DNA of 64,000 nucleotides from Haliotis rufescens (Eukaryota). Below the pieces are notes generated by a model that worked only from the letters and a program-made list of their open reading frames with translations, was not told where the DNA came from and searched no databases. Below are positions 1 through 10,978 of the stretch, one piece after another; position 1 is the stretch's first letter, and the number at the start of each line of letters is the position of its first letter. Location of the stretch: the NCBI RefSeq assembly GCF_023055435.1, contig NW_025964361.1, positions 12,710,001 to 12,774,000 on the forward strand, read 5' to 3'. A program made the position numbers and the translations under genes.

Positions 1-845
1 TCAGTCCCAAGAATGTGGCCTTCTCTACAACTTTGCCAGTAAATAAAGGGTTCTTATGTGGCTTATATATGTTCTTCACAAATGTATGTATAGTTAGTTT
101 ATATTTTGAAAATTTACATCCGTTTTCAAGAGACCACGTTGAATTTTGTTCAGACAGATTTGTAACTACTCCACTATAGTATGCGTACTTTTACCATGGC
201 AGGAAATATTAAAATCATCCAAGAAAAGTTATCCATCTATCGAATAACTTAAAGCCTTTGACAGACTATTTATGTTAATACAACATAAAGTGACAGACAA
301 AACACTGCGGGACAGGCTGATCCTGTTTAAAATAGTCAGACAGATTGGTACCCACTCGGACCTTAAATTGCCTGTCTGTTAAAAACCGTGATAAAGAAAC
401 GACCTCTCAAGCCAAAAGCATGTAAGTCCTTTAAAATGCCATACTTCCAGGTACTATCGTATGCATTCTCAAGATCAAAGAAATTGATACTGTATGTTGT
501 TTATTTATTATAACATTATAAAACAAATGATTCTAATCATATAATATATTTGCCGATAACACATCGAATATTTGTGAGAAGATTTTTGGTTTCCAAATAC
601 CAAACTTATCCATTATTCTCCATGGTTTTACAAACACAATTGGTTAGAGATACAGGGCGGTAATTTGAGGGATCTGTGTGATCCCGGACAGGTTTTGGTT
701 AGGGGACTACAATGGCATCATGCCACGAAGGAGGAAAATTCCATGAATTCTATATCTTGTCAACAAATCTTAAAGTGTATCAAAACATGGTTTAGGCAAA
801 TGCTACAAAAACTGATAATGGATATTATCTTCCCCTTCTGCAGTA
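1..845 (-). mobile_element. Decayed I/Nimb-type LINE reverse-transcriptase fragment
   Basis: Minus strand gives YRPVSLTNCVCKTMERI and FFDLENAYDSTW, with stops and frameshifts. Confidence 0.8.
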
Positions 846-1419
846 TTGAGAACGTGTTGTCTCACGGTAAGTTTTCCTTAAAATAAAATAGATGAATTGA
901 GGGAAAATGATTTATTCAGATGCAGTGTGTGAATCAATAAACATTTCGATTCAGTTTGTCATATAAACACAAAACTAATAATCATAAATTATATTATTAC
1001 AGATAACGCCTTGGTTTCTTATAGCATAACTACACATGGTTAGCAGAAAGTATTTCGCTTTAACTAATCCAATAAACATATCAAATAATCATACCTTACA
1101 TTATACATATATACGTAAATAGTATCAGAATGGATCTTTAACAAGCGGTACAATAACTAAACAACACACATGATTCACTATCCCAATGTCACCTTGAAAT
1201 GATGCAACATTAATGAGGGACGTATTTGTAGATGTATTACGGTAATACAGTTTTGCACATTTACCGTAGTTCTTCTAATGCAAGTGTTATTGAATATTTT
1301 ATGCAGAGCTCGCATACGAGCGTTTTCCATTTAACCACAAACATTAAGTTACGAGTGTTGCATCATTTTCTATAAAGAACAAAGCTGACTGACTATTTAG
1401 TCCATATATAAGTCCAGTT

Positions 1420-2819
1420 AGATATATCTTTTTTTGTATTGTTAACATTATTTCATGCAATGGTTTTGGTTGTTGTTTCTGTTTCTTTGTTGGAGCTGGA
1501 ACTGGAGCTGGAGCTGGAGTTTGAGCTGGGGCTTTGATATCAATTTTATTATTCGTATTGTCCATGACACATCTGACCGACGGTGTACAGATGCTGTTGT
1601 AAATAGGATAACTGTTTTGTAAACAGAAGCAGAAGAATGTTGGTTAGTGTTTGGATGTGAGACTAACTTTGCTTGTGAAGCTGATCTTCTGATCAGATTT
1701 ATTGTTTTGTACAATGGCTTGAAACTTATGGTCACTGCAGTCAGTTGAATAGGACGTAAGTTTACCCTGACAGTTAGAGCATTGGTTTAGTGCAGGCATG
1801 AGCTTGAATGGAAACACACGCCATCTTTGCGATATGTGAATCGTTTGGCTTCAATCACACCCTGACTCCGAAGTTCAGTTAGAATTTCTTCAATAGTTTT
1901 TTCAGCGAGCCTGCCATTGTGGTCTCGGATTATGGCCTTGCTGAAATTTAGGGTCTTGTGAGCAGAACAGCTAAACAGGCATATGATACAGTTTAGTTGA
2001 TGTCATGAGGTTGAATATACCAGGAAAACACAATCTATCAATCAAAAGCGCTCCAGATCGTAATATCGTAACATCCTTCAACTCACCAACTTTATCCTTT
2101 TCCTTTTTCCAAACGTAATGGTGAATACGAAGCTAAAGTAAGGTCACCCTTGGCTTCTATGACAAGGAACCGAGGCCGAGTATCCTTTTCAGAATACAAT
2201 AATCTTGTCACCGTTTTCTCATCAGATGAATCAAGTTCAGAATCAGAATCAGAAAGTTGCCGGGTTGTTTTTTACACAGAGTTGTAGTAACTGTGGTTTA
2301 GCAATCCTGCTCCCTGCCCCACCATGGAGCACAAACAAGGGCGATGCCATACGTAAGCAGAATTCAAGCAAATTAACAGCATAATGCAAAAATATTATAC
2401 TCCAGCAGAACAATAAAATCAACCAGATTGGTCGGAGAGCTACCGTCTTCTGGGGATACGACTCTAGGCAAAGTTAGAAATTGAATTTGTACGTGTGGAA
2501 TATAAGTAAAATATCATTTGGTCAAGACTAAAACAAACTATGACAACATTTAGATATACTTGTGTGAAACAATAATGACGAACAGGGTTTGGCATGACCA
2601 GGCGATTGATACACCAATCCCATCCTACCTCCCGTCAAGGGCAATGTAAGGGTCAAAGTGATGTGTTGGACAAAGAACACTATTGCCAACTCTGGCGTCC
2701 TCAACCATAAGACTCCCTTTTTCTCTGCCGTCACAGTGATGCAACCCACAGTAAGCAAGTTGCCCAATTCGCTCGCCTCTTACGACCAGCAATTGGGTGC
2801 AGGGGACACATTCTACCCC
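1420..2819 (-). mobile_element. I/Nimb-type LINE 5' UTR and deleted ORF1
   Basis: Shortened homolog of 28770-30365. Starts GGGGTAGAAT...GTCGTAAGAGGCGA. Contains a (GGAGCT)n stretch. Confidence 0.75.
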
Positions 2820-2883
2820 ACTAACCATTTACTTGCCTGCTATTACAGGCTCTTACTCTAAGCACACTCCTCCAGACACAACT

Positions 2884-4020
2884 TTAGCCACTTCTCAGCT
2901 CTTCAAAATATTTTGTAACAGTCTCTAGTATTATCATTCCTTCCAAGTTGTAAATATATAGTTGCCCATTAGCTTCCTCGTCTGAGATACACCCAATGGC
3001 TATTTCATCACCAAATGCTGTTAAAGACATAGCAGCATCATAGTTTTCAGGGCACGTCATTAAAAAAGTATCCAGGTTATTTGTAACATTTCGCATGTAT
3101 ACTCTCAAATCTACAAGACCGTAAATTAGAAGATCTTTCAAAATCACAAGTTGTAACAAATGATGCGGAGCCGAGATGCTCGTAAGTATTTGCGGAATGA
3201 CAGGGGGCTGGTGATTGTATATCACATAATACACATCGTACCTATACCTTCTGTTGACTGTCGTCAATTTGCACCACACGAACATCTTGTCCCTACTTCC
3301 GCCTATAAGATAATTGCTGGCGACTATGTGCTCGTTAACATAGGCAATAACAACTTGGCTTGGATTGTCAATCTCTGTTGCCATCAGTTGCCAGTTGGAA
3401 TCCCGTCCTTGAAAGAAATAGATATGTTTATTCCTTCTGTCATAATAAAGACCGCAGATTTTATCATAGCCCTCACTAACCAGCATTTTTAGAAAACGGC
3501 CATCAAGGGAGTGAAGTCGTATGGTGTAATCATCTGGCTGAACAATCAGAAGACAGGCACGCGAATCCACTGCCCAGTTCATGGGAGAATGTAAGCCAGC
3601 TATGCGTACCCAATTTGTTCCATTTGGGCCCAACACATATAAACCCATTTCAACTGTTTCCTCTCCGAAAAGCAAATCCTTTGAAGAGCCCATTCGAATT
3701 GTGAGCGGGATGCCAGTACATCTGGTTCTTGGGGATAGAGCTGTCCTGTTGGAAGCCACACTTGGACCAACATGAAAAGAAGTATTTGTTTTTGTTGACC
3801 AGTTTCCTTCACTGCTGCTCGGGACAAAAGAACAATTCATAATTCCCGATTCATATACTATCGCACAGATAAAATTGCCAAAGTTCTTGAAGGTACTTTG
3901 TAATAGGTAGTTGTTTGTTTTGCTTTCAAGTTGCAAATGTTTCCATTCAATACATTCAGAAGGAGGCGTTTTAAAGCAGAAACAGGCTACCATCACCACG
4001 ACGTTTCTAAGGCATTTCAT
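2884..4020 (-). CDS. Predicted secreted 378-aa protein with degenerate YWTD/LDL-receptor class B-like beta-propeller, copy 1 (intact)
   Basis: Uninterrupted 378-codon ORF. Hydrophobic N-terminus (MKCLRNVVVMVACFCF). Repeats GLHSPMNWAVDSRACLLIV and IRLHSLDGRFLKMLVSEGYDKICGLYYDRRNKHIYF resemble LDLR-B blades. Several N-x-S/T sites, no TM helix. Same length in three copies. Fold is inferred. Confidence 0.8.
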   Translation of the reverse strand: MKCLRNVVVMVACFCFKTPPSECIEWKHLQLESKTNNYLLQSTFKNFGNFICAIVYESGIMNCSFVPSSSEGNWSTKTNTSFHVGPSVASNRTALSPRTRCTGIPLTIRMGSSKDLLFGEETVEMGLYVLGPNGTNWVRIAGLHSPMNWAVDSRACLLIVQPDDYTIRLHSLDGRFLKMLVSEGYDKICGLYYDRRNKHIYFFQGRDSNWQLMATEIDNPSQVVIAYVNEHIVASNYLIGGSRDKMFVWCKLTTVNRRYRYDVYYVIYNHQPPVIPQILTSISAPHHLLQLVILKDLLIYGLVDLRVYMRNVTNNLDTFLMTCPENYDAAMSLTAFGDEIAIGCISDEEANGQLYIYNLEGMIILETVTKYFEELRSG

Positions 4021-4199
4021 GTTTATGTGTAAGGAGTTGACTATCCAAACGGCGACTTCAGAATAAGTTTCAGGACAGAAGGTCTAGACAGAATATTCCA
4101 ATTAACTATGAAAGCCACAGAAATATATTTTATCAAACAGGACCTTATCAGTGATTTAAAAATAAGCAAAATTCGTTTGCGATTGTTTATGCATTATCA

Positions 4200-4760
4200 T
4201 TAGATCTGATCTCTAGATTTGCAGTCATATGCTCAAAAGAAGAAAGAAGACGAAATAGCTATATACAGCTGTCTTTGCAGTATGTTAACTCAACAACCGA
4301 TGCTGCAGCTGAAACAGCTCTATGCAAACCGTTATCCTCACCATTGTCCCGTACATAGATATCAAAACAACCATCAAGCATATACTCGGGGTCGTATGCA
4401 AAACAAAGGGGAACACCCAGGTGGGAATCAATAAACTTCATTAGTTTAAACCAACAATCGGTCACACCTACATGTACGTGGGTATTCAGTAAAGACATGA
4501 AGACGTCATTTTGCGACGAGGTTCTATTGGACACGATTATCTGTTTTCACAGATGATGACGAACCTCCTAAGTGTATACTTTTTAATGAAAGGTTCACCG
4601 TCAAGCATGTTGTGCTTGACCGCACATGTGTGGTCTTGGCAATTGCAAGGGATTCCCATTATTAAACAGTAAGTCTGAAGGATCTTTTTTCCCCTGTGAG
4701 CGGGCTATCACCATCAACTTCCTGACAAAATTATTCTGTATAATAAATTTTAAATATATA
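4200..4760 (+). mobile_element. Decayed LINE ORF2 C-terminus (Zn-finger region); homologs at ~17720-18290, ~31745-32310, ~45330-45860
   Basis: Plus strand gives NKLH*FKPTIG...VILRRGSIGH...DEPPKCILFNERFTVKHVVLD...LKDLF, matching the I-group RxRIGH...PPxC...TVxH motif. Confidence 0.65.
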
Positions 4761-4966
4761 TGGTAGTTATTAAATTTGCTGTGATGCTTTTTGTCAACAG
4801 AGATCATGGACTGCCAAGGAAGTTAGGAAGTACCGTAAAATTATTATCCCTCTATGTGACACGTAGTTCCTATCATAATCGATGTATCTATAATCAACAC
4901 ATGTTTTAAGCCAACATACTATTAGTCGGTTTTTTGAACATGTTAAATAAATAGCTTTTAAATCGA

Positions 4967-5138
4967 NNNNNNNNNNNNNNNNNNNNNNNNNNNNNNNNNN
5001 NNNNNNNNNNNNNNNNNNNNNNNNNNNNNNNNNNNNNNNNNNNNNNNNNNNNNNNNNNNNNNNNNNNNNNNNNNNNNNNNNNNNNNNNNNNNNNNNNNNN
5101 NNNNNNNNNNNNNNNNNNNNNNNNNNNNNNNNNNNNNN
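4967..5138. other. Assembly gap
   Basis: Run of N. Confidence 1.
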
Positions 5139-5479
5139 AGCAGTTCTATCCTTTAGTGTCTACAATTTTGAGGTACAGTCGATCATGCTGTCTACGAAGA
5201 TTCCAAAGAGCATTAAAGAAGTCAAACGTTGTTTTATCAAGAATACAATATTCGAGGCATTGGTGAAGCTTTCAAAAATGGTTATGGTAGACAGATGGTA
5301 GACAGGTAGACAGGTGGAAGACATTTCCAAATATTTCGCATTACTGATAAAAGTGATGTACGATCGAATTATCACCCAGTTGAATATTTGCAGATCCCCA
5401 GAAAGTTCTTAACGTCCACTTCATACAGCGTTTTTAAGAGATGGCCCATTAGCCAGATTCAGATAATGGGGAAGATTAC

Positions 5480-6944
5480 AATAAAAATGTCTATTCATGA
5501 ACTACATAATGCCCTTGGACATGCTCACGATACTGCTACAGGAGCTGATAACATACATTATCAAGTCCTGAAGCACTTACCAGAATCATGTTAACAATCA
5601 CTGTTGAATATTTTTGATGAAATTTGGACGTCAGGACACTACATGGAAAGATTTACGTGATATTGGATTGCGAGGCCGTTTGCCTTTTTTAAATCCAATT
5701 TTTCAACAGTCAGAAAATTTCAAGTCCGCTTGGGTACGGTGCTGCCCTGTCCCCTCATCATAATCAGGATCAGGGCGTCTCACAGGGCAGTATTTTATCT
5801 GTCATATTCAGCAAAAAGATCAAAAGTTATAATTTATTCAGTTGATGGATAATTTTGTGTGGATGATTTTAATATTGCCTGTCGTGGTAAAAACATGGAT
5901 ACTATTGAAAGGCAACTCCAATTATGTTCAAATACAGTTCATAAATGGCCACTCGAAAATGGTTTAAAGTTTTCTAAAACTGTTGCCACTGCCACTGTCA
6001 TTGGATCCAGGACTATCTCATCCAGATTACCTGATAGCTGTTCTATTTTAACAGAAGAAGCAAATGCTATTTTAACAGCTCTTAAATATATCAACAGCCA
6101 AACTAAACATAAACAGTTCATATTTTTCAGATTCTCTTTCTTGCCTCCGGGCTATTAAAAAACTTGTCTTGCTCACATCCACCTTTAATTAAAATTGTTG
6201 AATTCTTTAATTAATTTGCTTCTGGCCAATACGACATCGTTTTCTGTTGGTTACCCAGCCATGCTGGTATCATATGTAACACAGTGGCCGATGCTGCTGC
6301 AAAAGCAGCACTCAACAAATCTGTGACACCACTTCTAATCCCACACAGTGACGATAATCCTGTTATTACTTGCCCGTGAAGAGATCACCCGTTTAATAAA
6401 CATACAGTTGTGTTACAGATTGTTTATTACCAAAACGCGTGCTTTTGTACTCTCAGAACACGTTTCACGAACAAATATTGAAAGCTCACAACATCCCTTG
6501 GCTTATTCAACGACATTGCATGTGGAGAGGAGCTTATGCACACTTGATAACCCCAGCAACCTTGTTGCCAGGCTGACGTCACATGACACTGTTTCGCCGA
6601 TGGATCTTGCAACAAAATTCCACAAATTACTCGCTTTCGCTCATCAGATACCACAACTATTCACTCGTTTCATAAACTTAGTATCACATGGGAGCTCGTT
6701 TAGTATTCTCTCTTTATTAGATATTACATTCGAGATCTGATGCATTTTTATATTATGTTAACTTATACTTTCTGCTTTTAAATGTTCTCAACTAGTTTTA
6801 AATCAAATCGGTGATATTCTAGTTAATGTACTGTCCATGGATGACAGGTTTTTATTTGTCTAAATATATGTATTACTAATGTATAACTTTTCGTCACGAT
6901 ATGGCTGAAATATTGCCGATGTGACGTTAAATATGAACTCACTC
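5480..6944 (+). mobile_element. Internally deleted I/Nimb-type LINE (RT pieces, RNase H, 3' tail); homologs at ~18900-20684 and ~32985-34805
   Basis: GADNIHYQVLKHLP, VDDFNIAC, RLPDSCSILTEEANAI, FCWLPSHAGI. The 3' end reads gatatggctgaaatattgccgatgtgacgttaaa...ctcactc. Confidence 0.8.
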
Positions 6945-8645
6945 TATATGTTTTATGTCAGGTCGACATTTGGCCTGACCATTTGCCAAGGAGGTGATGG
7001 AAAGAGTTGAGAGGGAGCTATATCTTAACACTAGTATTAGAAGCAGAAATGACAGATTTAATTCTGAATCCAAGTGTTGAAACAAGAGACTTTTGTAAAT
7101 AACCCTTACATTCTCCAGTATAGACGATGGAGCCGTAATCAAATTGGTAAGGGTTGTCTGATCTCCTCCCTACTTTGAATTAGATACAACTTTCAACAAA
7201 TCGGATGACATCAGAAATTTAGATCTAAGCGATTTAATGTGTAGTAAGAAAATTAACTGGCCATCAAAGATCAGTCCCAAGAATTTGGCCTTCTCTACAA
7301 CTTTGATAGTAAATAATTCAGGGTCCTTATGTGGCTCATATTTTCTCCACAAATGTATGTATAGTTAGTTTTTTATTATCTAAAAGTGTCTGAATACATG
7401 GTTTAGGCAAATGCTTCAAAAACTGATAATGGATATTATCTTCCCCTTCTGCAGTATTGAGAACGTGTTGTTTCACCGTAAGTTTTCCTTTAAATAAAAT
7501 AGATGAATTGAGGTAAAATGATTTATTCAGATGCAGTGTGTGAATCAATAAACATTTCGATTCAGTTTATCATGTAAACACAATAATAATAATCATAAAT
7601 TATATTATTACAGATAACGTCTTGGTTTCTTATAGCATAACTACTCATGGTAAGCAGAATATAAATCAACAAGCATTTCGCTTCAACTAATCCAATAAAC
7701 ATATCACATAATCATACATTACATTATATATATATACGTAAATAATATCAGAATGGATCTTTAACAAGCGGTACAATAACCACACAACACACATGATTCA
7801 CCATGCCAATGTCACCTTGAAATGATGCAACATTAATGATGGACGTATTTGTAGATGTATTACGGTAATGCAGTTACGCGCATTTACCGTAGTTCTTCTA
7901 ATGCAAGTGTTACTAGATATTTTATGCAGAGCTCGTTTTCGAGCGTTTTGCATTTGACCTCAAACATTCAGTTACAAGTATTGCATCATTTTCTTTAAAG
8001 AACAAAGCTGAGTCCAGCATTACTGTTAGCAACTACTCTACACATATTCACAACATGACAAATTTTACGTTTGATAATTGCACTAGATTTCTTATTTATC
8101 AAACTGTTATCAAGAATTTGATCAGGAATAATTATTTTCATATTTGGGTGATCGAAATTACACTAGAACCTGTACAAGTGACTCATATTGTTGGAATAGT
8201 ACACACTTTTTAAAGTTCCTAAAACTTTATAGAAGATTCAGAAATACATTGAGCAATAACCTTACAATGAAGCAGCGCATGTAGATCAAATTATGCAATG
8301 TTTCAGAAATCATAGACAATAATAATCAAGATATTTGAAAAGAACCATTGAAACAATCTAAGACAACAATCATAAAACACATTCAACATATATGAAAACG
8401 ACCATTGAAACACCGCAAGAAAGTGTCTTACCCTGAAATAAAATAGATAAATTGAGGATATATAATGACATCAGAATTGCTAGCGTTTCAAGATTATATT
8501 CCGATGCAGTGTAAATTGGCGGTCTACTTATGTCTTTCTCTGTTGTTAGATTGAACGTGCGCTTTCTGCATTTTGGTGGGTAGGGGATGTAATAAATGAA
8601 TATAATAAAGTGGAAAAAGCTGGGCTTGGGTTGGTGGGGGTTGGG

Positions 8646-9348
8646 TCAAGCGCTTGAAGCACGGCGTCGGCTGGCGAGCCTGTGTGTTGAGAAAGGCCCT
8701 TCGAGCGTCTGGTGGAGTTGCCTTGCCAGGAGCTTCATTGCTGTGCTCTCTTCCTGTTCACTGATGGCCTTGTACAATATGCCGGTAAGCTGGGCGGCTA
8801 TGTTGGAGATGTACGCCTGACGTATTATCACAGTGCACCAGGAAATCAAAGAGATCCTTCTAACTGTGGATATCATGCTCGAACCTCTCCTCCATGTACC
8901 ATACCATGACCAGCGGTGGGCGCGTACGAGCGCTCGCGAAGTGTTTACCAAGGCTGTTGTCGAAACGAGGGGCGGGGTTGTCCTTGTGCTGCTCCAGAAT
9001 AAAGTAAGCTATCCGTGACAAATCCATACGGGGATCCTCCTTCTCTCTTGGAGGAAGGGCCACCTCAATCTCCTGTCTGGAGACTGAAGGTGTCTCCTTC
9101 TTTTTATTCTGGGGTCTGGGTTTCTGCATCGGGAGTGACGCAGAGGGAGCCAGTTTGTACTTAACCGTGGACTGAGCCCAAGCCTAGTCCAGGGGCCTCT
9201 TTCTTTGATCGAGATAAAAGATGGTGGAGAATGTTGAGGTGTTCTTTCTCTAGGGCGTCTGGAGGGAGAAGTCGCTAACCCGGTACGTTAGAAGCGGTTC
9301 CAGGATGGCGACTAGCTCCCTCGGTAGGGCCTTGCTAATATCTATCAT
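8646..9348 (-). pseudogene. Decayed GC-rich orphan ORF (~230 codons); homologs at ~23503-24148 and ~36716-37413
   Basis: ATG at 9348 (MIDISKALPRELVAILEPLL) is in frame with MQKPRPQ...FEHDIHS. In-frame stops and a probable frameshift into AYISNIAAQLTGILY...RASSA*. Sharp GC contrast with the flanks. Confidence 0.5.
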
Positions 9349-9369
9349 GATGGGCGCTTGGGGGGTGTC

Positions 9370-9422
9370 AAACTGCACATACTTATATCGTGGAGGGACG
9401 CATAGCAATCTCTGATTGGTTA
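9370..9422 (-). promoter_or_regulatory. CCAAT box plus TATA box upstream of the orphan ORF
   Basis: Minus strand reads aaCCAATcag...gaTATAAgta, ~30 bp apart. Conserved at ~24200-24250, ~37465-37516 and ~38612-38664. Confidence 0.5.
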
Positions 9423-10978
9423 AGTTTCGAAGACATTATTTTAATTTATTGTCACCATTAGTTCCTTTGTTATTCTCATAGGTAACCTAACTTATGTCCA
9501 CCTATAGTGGATTATGGTAATAACAAAACAAAGCCTGGCGTGCATGGCTGTTGGCATGTATAAATTTAAGTCAGTTTCGGGTTCACCGGATTTCTTGTTA
9601 TTGTAAGCAACAGCAGTATTTAGGCAATTCACTGGATCCTAAACTTAAAACGGTACTAACTAGGGGCATTAAAATTAAAATGCCAATTCAGGGAATGTAA
9701 ATGGTACAAAGGTGTTCTCCTATTTGTAGATTCTCAAAGGTTAGCTGCCAATCACACCCTAGAATATTTTCTCTCAACCCCTGATACTTTATGAATACTT
9801 TATGACATTTTATGGAATACAAATCAATGCTGATTAGTCAAACTGCTATGCAATTTTCTTTTTCAAAGGAAATTATGCCTTATTCTGTAAAATTACCATT
9901 GGCTCGGGTAGAACCGCTGGGCTAACCACGCGGTTCAAGATAATTGAGCACTGTTCGACTTTTTTTAACCGAGCGTTCCTAACCAAGCCAATGAAAATAC
10001 TACATCATAAATGAACTGTTTCGATTTGCGTGGTTTTACCAACCGCTAGTCCCTAGCAGTTTGCAGTTGGTGAAACTGCGCCAAACCGCGCACAATGGAA
10101 ACTAAGTCGCCGAACTTTTAAGCATAGTTTTTGTATATAGCATTTTAACCGCCAAGCTAAACGTCCCCCAAACCGCGTGGCAAACCGCGCACATGGAAAC
10201 TCAGCCCAAATGGCGGCGGCTTTTACATAAGCCAGTAAAGCTTGTTTGTCAATCCCCATTCATATATTTATGTATAAAAATCTGTTGAAACAAAATACAT
10301 TGTTAAGCCTGGTTTGTTTGCATTAAAATCAAAACAAAGGAATCTGTAAGGTGTAAAAAGCTTTTACATAAACGAACAAAATACATGGGAGAGAGTAAAT
10401 ACATAATTCTATATAATTTTCTTGAATGGAGCACATGTGAAAAAAAGATAATCCAAGCATATGCGATATTACCGTGTTTAAAGAATTTATATCAGTCATA
10501 TATTTCTAACTTAGATCACCAGTATGTAACCCAGGTAAAGCATGCATATCGGGGAACATTGTAATGTTGGTACAGTTTATCGTGTCTTCGTGCTTTATAA
10601 TTAGCATTACACATTGTCTTTTCATATTCCTCAAGGTTTTAATGTTTATTTGTTTATGTACTTTTTTATTTATTTTATTCTCTCCTTTATTTTTTCTGGG
10701 TTATATATTTATCTAAATATACATTTAGTTACTAGTATGTGTGGGGGTGTTTAACAGATACCTGGTTGCACCATGATATTCAAGCCACTCCCAGGAGAGA
10801 GAGTTTATTGCAGTAAAGGGGCCACCGGCCCATTATACAATACATATTTCATTGATTTTTTCAATTCAATTGGGCGCCATACAATATTATGCATTGGTCA
10901 ATCAAAGTGACAATTAATTAATATTGAGTTGTTTACATCTTTTTTTCATTGACAGGAAAATATATTTCGCTAAGACAT

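Noticed and set aside
2690-2820. HDV-like, hammerhead or twister ribozyme at the LINE 5' end
   Set aside because: I could not place the required core nucleotides by eye. Kept only as a candidate structured RNA.
3160-3492. 110-aa antisense ORF conserved in three units
   Set aside because: It is the shadow of the 378-aa gene; recent duplication explains the conservation.
4259-4534. Minus-strand 91-aa ORF as an upstream exon or partner gene
   Set aside because: The plus strand is a decayed LINE C-terminus, and the frame is not kept between units.
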